Source: Octopus sinensis
Taxonomy: Eukaryota
Assembly (NCBI RefSeq): GCF_006345805.1
Contig: NW_021836126.1
Coordinates: 248,001 to 312,000, forward strand
Direction of reading: 5' to 3'
Length of the DNA stretch: 64,000 bases
Part shown: positions 1 to 10,565 of the stretch, one piece after another
Numbering within the stretch: the first letter of the stretch is position 1
How the letters are laid out: every line of letters begins with the position of its first letter
Notes under the pieces: model-generated
Database searches by the model: none
What the model was told of the DNA's origin: nothing
The model's input: only the letters and a program-made list of their open reading frames with translations
Program-made: the position numbers and the translations under genes

Positions 1-251
1 GCATCATATAATCGTAGGCGCATCTTAGTCAAAATTTGGTTAACCACTATGCACACAAAATGGACATCTCCCCCTTATATAATATTTGCTGTGCTGACAA
101 ACACTCAACTGCTCATCTATTCCACTGTCCTGGTCTTGTTTTACTCCGCGAAAAATTTGATGCTCACTCCCCCGAGGTCCTATGGGACCAACCTTAAAAG
201 GCGCTGTCATTTCTGCTAACTGCTGGTCTGATGATCGGGGTTAACAACAAC
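1..251 (+). mobile_element. 3' end of Ingi/Vingi-like LINE (degenerate) with (CAA)n tail
   Basis: Translates to ..CCADKHSTAHLFHCPGLVLLREKFDAHSPEVLWDQP.., homologous to the LINE C-terminus at 50353-50744; AACAACAAC at 243-251. Confidence 0.65.
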
Positions 252-939
252 ACGGAAACGCAAAGGACACTAACCGTGAAACAAGGAAAACTAAATTAGC
301 TTACATTTAAGCACATTTTATTGACCAAAGGACCAGGGTAAACCAATCAATTATAATCCCCCGTGATCCCCGATTCAAGCGATGGAGATCCTTCTGAAAG
401 GTTCCTGCCAACAATGATCGGACTGAGATGACAATGTCCCAGGGTCAGAGTTCTAGAAGTCCTTTTCGGTAAGCATTAAGTGCCTCCTGAGCGTTTCCGT
501 ATTCGATTGGAAGTTCCAACTGATATGATAGACCGCATAACGCCACGCTAAGACCGGAAGCCTTTTTTGCCTCCGAATTTACACTCTCTTCGATTTCAAA
601 GTGAGAATCAAGACTTTATTTTGGCCTGAACTGTTTTGGCCTTAAAGTTACTGTCTTTTTCAACAATATTCATTAGCAATTTGAATATTTTATTCTTATC
701 AATCCAATCGAACGCTTTGCTGATATCAATTCCAAAAATATGGATCCCGACTTTATACATCTGACATAACGCAAAGAATTAAAGTTGGCTTTAAACTACA
801 TCGGCTGTGGATCTTTCGGGTATAAAACCACTTTCTTCTAAGGACAGATTTTGCATGAGGTATTTTGATCTTAGCCATCCAACAGGACCACTTGTTAAAA
901 GACCAAGACCTTAGCAACCAGAAGTACATCACCCCGATT

Positions 940-1047
940 CAATTCCTCACAAAAACTGTTCCCCGCCCGTCCCGCTTTTGCGTTGGGTCCAGAGTCCAAC
1001 ATCGGGAAAAGCTGAGAAAGATTTTGAGAATTGTTGGAATCACCTAA
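940..1047 (+). mobile_element. LINE 3' fragment related to the element at 1143-4371, opposite orientation
   Basis: RFCVGSRVQHREKLRKILRIVGIT* versus RKCVGSRSEHREKMARLLRSVGIT* at the end of ORF 1554..1937. Confidence 0.6.
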
Positions 1048-1142
1048 TTAATTACCCTAATTAACTGTTGGTGATTCTTGAGTTAAATAAAAAAATGATT
1101 ATGTTACGGGCAAAGTCATTAATCTGGGCAATTATGTTAATT

Positions 1143-1480
1143 ATTATTATTATTTAAGCCAAACAAAATCACTGTCTTAACCAATTAACTAACACGTTCA
1201 GGTGATTCCGACACTTCTCAACAGTCGAGCCATTTTTTCACGATGTTCCGACCGTGACCCCACACACTTTCTGTATGTACGGTGAATGGTTTGTGGTCCA
1301 TTTCCACGATCCCCCCATTTGCCTCTACGAGAGACTCCAGTGTTCTATGGACAATTTCCCTATCGGTATGGTCCTTCAGTAGGTTGATAGATTTTTCTTG
1401 AATTATTTCGATTTTTAGCCGGTTCGTTACCGCCAGGTTCCAGCCCCAAGCAGCACATGCATAGCCTATTTATTGTTGGC
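1143..1480 (-). repeat. Tandem second copy of the LINE 3' end, inside the TSD
   Basis: 1143-1480 is a diverged direct copy of ~1500-1835 with its own (TAA)n tail. Confidence 0.85.
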
Positions 1481-1553
1481 TCGAATTCCCGGGCATTATT
1501 ATTATTATTTAAGCCAAAAACAGAATCACCGTCTTAACCATTAACTAACGTGT

Positions 1554-4371
1554 TCAGGTGATTCCGACACTTCTCAACAGTCTAGCCATCTTTTCACGAT
1601 GTTCAGACCGTGACCCCACACACTTTCTGTATGTACGGTGAAATGCTTGTGGTCCATCTCCACGATCCCTCCCACTTGCCTCTACAAGAGACTCCAGTGT
1701 TCGATGGACAATTTTCATGTCGGTATGGTCCTTCAGTATGTTTATGGATTTTTCTTGGATTTTCTCGATTTTTAGTTGGTTCGTTGCCGCCAGGTTACAG
1801 CCCCAAGCAGCACATGCATAGCCTATTGTTGGCTCGATATACTGCTTGTAAAGGGTCTCTACCCCTGGCGGACAAGTTCTCCCACAGTTCCAAAGAAAGG
1901 CTTTCACAAAATTGATTTTCTTTATACAAGTTGACACGATCGATTCAACATGAGGTGAAAACAGAGGAAAGTATCAAACGTTACACCCAATATCTTCTGT
2001 GTTTTCTTTTGTGGTATTGGGACTCCATTCAGCGTGACTTCAATAGTTTTCGTCCCCATCTTCCTGTTTTTCGTGAATAGGGTGACTGCTGACTTTTCGG
2101 AACATGCATGTAGTCTGTTTTCATATAGCCATCCATATAAGTCGTCCAGTATTCTTTGTAGTCTTTCCTTCGCGTATTCGACATTTACATCCCTTGATGC
2201 GACAACTATGTCATCGGCATAGGAGAGTAGTATGTCATTATTATCCATAGGAACCGGGAGATCATTCAGAAACAAGTTGAAGAGGGTCGGGGATAAAGGA
2301 GAACCCTGGGGTACACCATTGGGCAAAAAGCGTGATCTTGAACTCTCGTTCCCGACGCACACTTTCCCACGACGTCCGCTCAAAAAATTCGCTATCCATA
2401 GCTTCATAGGTGTAGAAATATTTGTACCAAATATCTTTTGAATTAGGATCTTCCTTGGGACGGAGTCAAACGCTTTTTGAATGTCGATAGTGCATACAAT
2501 TGATTTCTCCTGCAATTTCTTCTTTTTGTGTCCTTCATTTATGAAATCTGTTAGTGTGGTGAGGAAGGAGGTCGTTGACAATCCTTCCTTGAATCCATGT
2601 TGAAATGTGGATTGTGGGAGGAAAGGGCGAATATGTTTTAGGACCAGTTTTTCCAAGATTCTTGACAGCACACATATAAGGGATATTGGTCTATAGGAGC
2701 CGGGGTCGTTTTTCGGTCTTCCAGGTTTTAATATTGGCCGGATTTTTGATAGTTTCCATAAGTTCGGTATAGAGTTCGTGAATAATGATGTGTTATAGAT
2801 CGTGGTTAAAGCATTTATTGAAACTGGGCCCAAGTGTTTTAGTAGAATAAGTGGAATTCCATCCGGTCCACATGAGTTTGTTTTCTTCTGATTCGAGATT
2901 GTTTCAGACACCTCTTCAGGAAGAAAATAAGTCGTCGGGGGCCTTTTGGATGGCTTTGATTTTAATCTTGACTGTGAGTTCATTTTTTATAAGGAATATG
3001 ACTAATCTTGACACAGTGTTTCATAAAATTGTTTAGATTGAGCTGGTATGTTTCTGTTTTACGCTCGTCAGGATTCTTTAAGCGTCTCAACATCGTCCAC
3101 ATGGCCGAAATAGAGGCTTGTTTATTCATGGCTCTAGAGATTCGGCTGAGCTTCTTCCTTTGGACTTGGTTGGTATTATTCGTAATAAGCATGTTTAGAG
3201 CCCTGATTCGATCGATGATTACTTTGGGTCGATACTTTCTTTTCTTGAGGCTGGTTCTTTCTCTGATTAGTTTTTTCGTTCTTGAGTCATATTTTGAGCT
3301 CCCACTTCTTATACATGCTCTTCTGATAATCAAATTTCTTGCATCTATGATAGTTTTGTTGAAGCTTTCCACTGCCCTGTCCAAGGAAGAAAAATTCTTA
3401 GGGTGAAAGTTCTGGAGTCTTGAATCGACGTAATTTGCGAAAGCATTCCAATCTGCGTTTTCGTAATCATAGAAATAATTTGGTTTCAGTATGAGATGTG
3501 GAGAACAGTTCATTCTCATTATCATTGAGTGGTGGTCACTTCGGAGATCATAGCGGACCGACCACTTGATGATAGGGGAAAGCCGAGGTGAGCAGATTGA
3601 TAGATCTGGCGATGTCCTCGTGTCCTTAGAGTTGTAGGGTGTTCGAGTGTTCTTTTTCGGGTTGTTAAGGATTATTAACTTCTGCAATTGCGATATCAAA
3701 AGGTTTCCTCTGGCATCGGCAGTCTGATATCTGAACCAAGCGGGATGCTTCGCGTTCAGATCTCCGCATAAGAGTAAGTTATCCAATTTATCAAGGCTTG
3801 ATAGGTCAAAACGATAGCCCTTCTTGCATGAACCTGGGGGAGGTACGTAGACATTGGCGATTTCAAGTCTTCCGTAGGAGGTCATAAGTGAGATTCCAAT
3901 TATTTCGGTGTTGGAGTCCTTCTTTAGGCTTGTATACGGTAAGGGATTCTCGAAATATTTTATTCCTCTTTTTATAAGGGTCAGTAGACCCCCTCCATGC
4001 TCCGACTCGCGGTCACATCGTAGTGCATCGTATCCAGCAAAAAGAGGAGTAGGGATCCGTTTCGAAAGTTTCGTCTCTTGGAGAAGACAGATATCTATTC
4101 GGTTCTCCTCCAAAAAACTGGCAAGTTCCGCCGTCTTTCCTCGAATCCCGTCAATATTCAGGCATTGTATTGTTAGCTTTGGACCGGGATTCTGTTCCAC
4201 GTCACCTGAGGTCAACAGCAACAATCGATAGTAAGTGCCAACGTTGAGAAGATGCCGTCCAGGGGGAAGTCCTCTGGTTGGCGGGGAGCAAATGGTTCTT
4301 TTTAGATACCGTTTAGGACTGTATCCGGCGCCACCAGAAAAGGTGAACCACATGACGCGCGCTAAAAACAT
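1554..4371 (-). CDS. Leader-2A-APE-RT polyprotein (~940 aa if two homopolymer frameshifts are corrected)
   Basis: ORFs 2980..4374, 1922..2983 and 1554..1937 join with single-base shifts at an A-run (~2982-2988) and a T-run near 1960. Confidence 0.8.
4180..4224 (-). other. 2A-like ribosomal skipping (StopGo) motif
   Basis: LLLLTSGDVEQNPG|P matches the D(V/I)ExNPGP consensus, immediately before the APE domain. Confidence 0.85.
4292..4358 (-). ncRNA. Candidate HDV-like self-cleaving ribozyme at the LINE 5' end
   Basis: Minus-strand order: P1 GCGTC, P2 GTGGTTC, P3 ACC, L3 TTTTCT, P3' GGT, P1' GGCGC, CGG, P4 ATAC..GTAT, CTAAAAA, P2' GAACCAT. This is the nested HDV topology, but P1 is only 5 bp and L3 is non-canonical. 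Confidence 0.45.
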
Positions 4372-4700
4372 CAATTATATTAATTGAGTTTCATTTGTTC
4401 TTTGTTTTTTTCATTTGTTGAATTGAATTTTTAGTGTCATTCGAAGAATTATTACGCTAATACAAATGATGACTGAATTTCTACTTCTGAATAGTGATTA
4501 AGCATACTTGCTGAGGTAATATAATGAAAAGCATTATGTCTTATTACTGTTACCTCAAATATAACAAAATTCGAACTAATTTTCTTTATTTAATAAGTAG
4601 AGACATCGAAGAATGGCTCTTAATTCCTAAGTTTGTAGGGACGAAGGAGCTAGATGAGGTTGAATAGGTCAATACAGTCATGTTGATCCTGGTGACCCGT

Positions 4701-5297
4701 GAGCAATTTTTAGTTAATTTAGTTATAAATTATTATGTTTTAAATCGATTAAATTTAATGGGTGTTAATTGTTTCTAGTGGGTGCACCACGTGCGATGGC
4801 ATTCAGGGTCAACTTCGGATCTATTTGAGTCCCCTATTGTAATATATCAAACCGCAAGTATCTTACTCAATTTGATCAAATACGTCAACAAAATTTACCT
4901 TAGTGGCAAGAAACATAATAAATCACTTCTAAAATAATAGCGTTCTTATTTAAATCTAAAAAAGTCGTTTTTTATTTTCACCAAAAATAAACTCGAGATC
5001 TCCACTTGTGTGCAAAGAATCGACCTGATTTTTCCAGGACAACTACCTGCCTTGAAGGTCTACTATATTAACTTGTTTGACCTCCTCTAAACCTTTTTAC
5101 TATCTCAAACTAAGGAACCATGTACGATCTAACTTAAGATGTCAGACTTACAATGAAAATGAGAAAAAAAATTAATTAATTAATAATATTGTTATATATC
5201 AATTTTGATGTTTTATGAACGTTTTTGCATGCAAAACAGGAGTCAGACGTTCCTAGACCTTAGTTTCTTTAAAGCCTACTACAATGTATGCTAATGG
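4701..5297. repeat. ~600-bp unclassified dispersed repeat, copy 1
   Basis: High-identity reverse complement of 37379-37975. Confidence 0.9.
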
Positions 5298-5689
5298 AGA
5301 TACGACAGGTCATTGAGAAATCTATCCGGTCTTTCCGGAAAAGAACTCAGGTGACCGACCTGTTTATCGATCGGAAACTCTCTGCACTCGTCAAAAATTA
5401 ATGAACCTACTTTATTAACTCTGGCTCACGACAGATGAATTGGACGCAAGTTCAGAAGAGTTCAGTTGCCTTGGCATCAGTCTCGTCCTATCACCGTCCT
5501 CAATTCCTGTCACTTTCTCTTTATCTGTTAATTACAACTTAATTGAATTGAATTGAACTTGCAAATTTTGTTAATAATGGCACCTAAAGTTAGCACAAAA
5601 GGACAAAAAAGAGCTCCTATAAAAACCAAAAATGTTTCTGTTTCTGTTGCTGTCTTACCAACAAGACAATCATCCGAAACATACTTCGA

Positions 5690-5765
5690 CAATAGCAAAG
5701 AGCTTTTATGGCCAACACAAAGCCCAGATTTAAACCCTATAGAGAATGTTTGGGCCTGTTTAATG
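5690..5765 (+). mobile_element. Tc1/mariner transposase fragment
   Basis: LLWPTQSPDLNPIENVW motif. Confidence 0.65.
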
Positions 5766-5811
5766 TTTTAAATCAATAGAAGTTATTTTTTAAATATTGT
5801 TTCATAGTAAA

Positions 5812-6340
5812 TTCGTAAACAGATTCCGATGCGGACAGATTCGTCGTCTAGCAACATTCCAGCAGAGGAAATCGGCAAAGCGTCAAGCCAATCGGCCGAG
5901 TGGGGTTGACAGGCACAATTAATGCTTGCCAACTGAAACTGGTCAGCACGTAGGCGGATATCTTCGAGTACATGGGAACAATGTATATCATCCCATTTCT
6001 TTTGAACTCAGGGGACGTCCGGGATTTTAAGTCCATGAGAAATCCACATGTTGACACCCGCCGTATATTCCAACAACTCGGGCTGTTCAGGGGAGGGGAA
6101 GAGAACAGAGTTGAAGGAACTAGCAAAAGCAGACAACGAGGAAAGGTAACATGGGAGGGATAAATCAACACAAGAACGAATGCCGATGCCCCCGTAACGA
6201 ATAGGTAAATTAACCCGTCGCATGTCTGAAGGTTTGAATTTGATATTTACGAGAAGCTCAAGAGATTTGGAGACCATGTTGTCGAGACGAGACAAGTGAT
6301 TTTGTTCGAGAAAGCAGGGCGATAAGCGCATGAGATAAGT
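5812..6340 (-). mobile_element. CRE-like (REL-type) non-LTR retrotransposon fragment
   Basis: NLPIRYGGIGIRSCVDLSLPCYLSS and HSADWLDALPISSAGMLLDDESVRIGICLR. Confidence 0.7.
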
Positions 6341-6915
6341 TAGCTTCGGATTCTCTATGAAACAGAAATAAATATTGTTATCGCAGTCTTTATTTCAGAT
6401 ATCTGGATCATCATTGAGATATCCCCTCTGGTATTTACACTGTTTATAAGCTACTAGGTAGAATTGTGTTTTAATTAAAATTATCTTAATTTTTAGTTAA
6501 CCAATTATTAATAGAAAACATAATAAATTGTGGCACGTGTGAGCACACTTTTGACACACATTGTTGTCTTGTTACATTATTGGGTCAATCTTTATTTTTT
6601 TATTTAATTGGATTAGAAGAAATATTTTGCGATGTAGTTTCTTTTAATTAATAAATTATCTGAAATTTCATCATTTTGTAATATTTGCGAGTTTATTCTT
6701 TCAATCTGTTTATATCGCTTATTTGAAATCTTCTCATTTATCTTTATTCATTGAATTTCACCTTATTTTTTGATAGAAAGTTCTATTCTTTATATTCTTA
6801 TGGCAAACTTTTATTTATTTGTTGCCGGATTAGGCGATCTTGTATTTTAGCGCCCTAAAATCTAAAATGATCAATTTCTACCAAATTTTAATCATTATTG
6901 TTATATTTTTTTTCT

Positions 6916-9324
6916 TATTATTATTATTATTAGCACTGTCATAGGAACATAATGTAATTTAAACTAATTAAGTTCCCACATGTGCCACATATGAGACTAT
7001 CTTTTCGGTCATAATTTTCCATGATGTGCGGTTGTATGCTATACTCCTGAGAGTATCTAGGTCGTCTCCATTTTTCAGTTGTCTTTTAACGCGTTGTAGT
7101 TCTTTTGAGATTACAATAGGTAATGTATTTCGTGGGCGTCCTCGGGACGCAGATCTTTCGTCCTTTGCGTAATATGATTCCATTGCCCAGTTAGCATAGA
7201 CATCCTGGTCGAGTCTTAGAATGTGGCCCAATAGGCGCCAACGTGCTTCGGTAATGTCCACACTGACGGGTCTGCTGTTGCAGATATTGTATAGGGTGGA
7301 GTTCTTGATTTTCTTTGGCCAGTTGATGCCAATAAGAATTCTTAACTGTCTTCTATGGAATGCATCAAGAGATTTTGATTCAGACTCAGATATTCCCCAT
7401 GTTCCTCCGTTGTACAAAAGTATGGGTTTAATAAAAGCATTGTATAATTTGGCACGTAAGGCCGTTCCAACCTCGCGGTTTCGTAGCCAAGTGGTCCGCA
7501 GTTTGTTAAGTGCAACAGTCGATAGCATCTTTCTCCTCATAATGTCTTCACTATCTCCTAAAAGAGTTCCAACTTTTTTCGAGTTTCGCCATTTTTCGTC
7601 TGTTCTATTTGCCTCCCGGTTGATTGTTACATATTCGGTTTTTTCTATGTTCACTTTTAAGAACCATTTTTCCAGTGCATGAGGAGCAATGTTCAGCAGT
7701 TCTTCGAGTGTCGACTTATCATGAGACAAAAAGTCTACATCGTCGGCATATATCACTTCAGTTATTGAAGTAGTCTTCACTAGTTTTCTCAGATCTCTTA
7801 GTGCCGCTTCAAGATAGACAATGAATAGTACAGGTGATATTGAATCACCTTGGGGCGTTCCAATGCTTGTTTTGAAAGATCTTGATTGTACGGGTCCGAT
7901 CTTCACCGTTAACTCGGTGTCTATAAGTAGTGCTCGAACCATTCTGATCGAGTCATTGTCAAGAATGGTTTTGAGGATCTCCATTAGCTTGTCTCTGCGG
8001 ATTGTATCAAATGCCCTGCTCATATCAATGCCCAATATTGTGGTCGCCATTTTAAATTTCTGAGATATGGCACAGATCCATCTATGTCCCCATACTACAT
8101 CTGCAGTTGATCGCCCAGGCCTGAATCCACTTTGGCTAGCCGACAGATATTCATTAACAGGGTCCTTAATACGTTCCAGTGTTACGAGTGAGAAGATTTT
8201 CCTTATTGTGTTCAAGAGTATGATTGGGCGAATGTTGTTAAGAGGACCTTGCGGCTTGTTGGGTTTTTGGAGAGGAATTAGCGTTCCTTTCCCAATAGGC
8301 GGTATGGTATTTCCATGGAACATCTCGTTCAGGAGATTTGTGATTATAGTTGAGATCTCCATTGGGGAGTACTTTATCAATTCACCGTTGATGTTGTCTG
8401 GACCCGCCGCACGGTTGTTTTTTAATTTTTTTATAGCCTTCAAAACTTCAAGGTGTGTTATTTTGTTGTTTAGATAACGTTCTTCACCCTCATCGAGAGC
8501 ATCGGCCCTGCCATTGAATAGTATTTCGAAGTGGTCGGCGATTGTATTTACCATTTCGATTGGGTTTCCAATTGTTTTCCCATGTTCATCGTGCACAACC
8601 AGTTTTGTTTTCTGTTGTCGTCGGCGTAGTAGTCTGATGGCTGCGTACATTTGCGCACCATCCTTTAAGTCTTCAACTTCTGATATTCGAGAGTTTAATA
8701 AAGCTTTCACGTATTTAAGATTTTCCTTCTTGATTGTTCTCGATATTTTCCTACGTTCTCTTTTGAGTTTTTCCTTTGCCTCCTTGTCGTTGGTGTTTTC
8801 AATTTTCAGTTGGATGGCTTTTTGTTTTGTTGCCATTTCGGCAACATTTGGATTCAATGGGTTTGAGTGGTTTCTGAATGCAGTCGTTCCAATGGTTTCC
8901 GTTGCAGCTTTGTGAATAAGTTTTTCTAATATATCCCAGCTTTTGTTTGGGTCTTTTACCGTTTCTGTTACTTTTAGGTTTTCGATGATTGCCTGGGAGT
9001 ATTTTTCCTTGGTAACATCTGATGTAATCAGTTTTTCCACTGAGTATCTAATTCGGTTTGATTCATTTTCTTTTGAAAGAGGCGATCCAAAAATTCTTTT
9101 CAGTCTCAATCGTGCCACAATGACTTTGTGATCGCTCAGTGTAAGTGCCCCGCCATATGACCTGGCATCCAGCAATCGATGTTTTTCTTCTTGTCTACAG
9201 ATGATATAATCGATTTGATTATAGATGTTGACGTACTCCCCATTTTTGTTTCTTCTAGTCCCGGTCCACGTGGTTTTATGACGTGCCGCATGAGGAAAGA
9301 CCGTATTGCATAGCAGTAGCTTGA
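6916..9324 (-). mobile_element. RTE-clade LINE, 5'-truncated, young
   Basis: Uninterrupted frame from ~9320 to 6968 with the APE C-terminus (NQIDYI, SDH) and RT (PQGDSISP, YADD); (TAA)n tail; perfect 13-bp TSD ATATTTTTTTTCT at 6903-6915 and 9325-9337. Confidence 0.92.
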
Positions 9325-9397
9325 ATATTTTTTTTCTAGACTTTTTTTAAACTGAAGAGGAATTTAATTATTGTTATATTATTTTTATAAATTATTA

Positions 9398-10560
9398 TGT
9401 CACAGGCCTAGGGTGTACCGAGCCTAGGTGGTTATACTTTCGGACTTGGAAAAAAATTCAAAAAAAATGTCACCGGTTTTATAGCCCACCGGGTTGGATA
9501 ACCCATCATCGAAAAAAACTATCAAAAAAATATAAATATAATCTAAAAATCATCTGAAAATATAATTAACTTTGATTTTCTTCTTTTTTATCAGTTTTTA
9601 TATTTCTGCCTGTTGCATAAATCACACATCATTCATTTGTGCTTTACATTTTTTAAATAAATAAAATTTTATTTATTTAATGCGAGTCAATAAAAAATAA
9701 GAATTCATTCATTTAAAAAAATTCAAAATTTTAATCAAATTTTTTAAATCTACTTAAATGCACGTTTGATACTGTTTCTCCATTATCTTTCATTTTCAAA
9801 ATAATTCGAATTTGACTCATCACTTAATTCTGCATTTGTTCCGTCGAACATTAACAATGCATTTATTTGATCTTCTGTTTCTTCCGAATCTCTTTTATCC
9901 CCCATAAAAATTTTGAAGGGCGCCCATTTGGTAGTTTCATGTTGTGTAGTGTTATATTTGTATACAATTTCTTGATAAATTTTCTCGAATTTCCCTAGCA
10001 TTCCGTTGTATGCACTTGTAGAGCTAATCCATCTTTTAATTGATTGATTAAACCTACAATTAAATTGACTATAAGGAACCTCTCCACTTGCCCCTGAACC
10101 CAGGGTGCTCTAGGACGTCCACATATATGAGTGATGTTTAATTCGGAGCACATTAATTCCATGCATTTATTCTTGAACTCTTTCCCGTTGTCTGTTTGCA
10201 AGATAAACGGGAGTCGGATTGAGAAGAAAATCTTTTTTAACTTTTTTGTTATTTCTTCAGCTGATTTCGTTTTTGCTAGTTCTACCACTGCAAATTTGGA
10301 AAAGGAGTCGATTAGAACAATCAAATATGACTTATTCAAAAAAAAGACCCATCCGTAATTGCTGTTAAGGTTTGAATATCTCCTTAGATCCACTAAATCT
10401 GCAGTATACCGATCTCTAGGTTCTCTTGCAATTATGGGGGTGATAGTTGGTTTTATTGCCATGAAATTTTTCGACTAACACTGATTAACAACATTACTTG
10501 GCAATGGACACATTTTGCTATCACACTACAAAATTCTTCCCTTGTTACTGAATATATTTG
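9398..10560 (-). mobile_element. Ginger-like DNA transposon (gypsy-type integrase), 3' part with TGTCACA terminus
   Basis: After removing 23-nt (10475-10497) and 26-nt (~10049-10074) GT-AG introns, one frame reads KCVHCQ-SKNF..RDRYTADLVD..LQTDNGKEF..GQVER-FNQSIKRW.. to a stop at 9783. Terminus TGTCACAGG at 9398. Confidence 0.8.
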
Positions 10561-10565
10561 GTCTT

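Larger units (their letters stand above)
1143..4371 (-). mobile_element. Vingi/Ingi-like non-LTR retrotransposon, near full length, TSD-bounded
   Basis: APE endonuclease (CLLQETK, CGDLNAKH, SDHH) plus RT (PQGSPLSP, YADD); (TAA)n tails. 14-bp flanking direct repeat CAATTATGTTAATT (1129-1142) / CAATTATATTAATT (4372-4385), 1 mismatch. No ORF1. Confidence 0.9.

Noticed and set aside
7221-9131. Several plus-strand ORFs of 60-150 aa
   Set aside because: They are antisense shadows of the RTE ORF; the same applies to the plus-strand ORFs over the Vingi and hAT ORFs.
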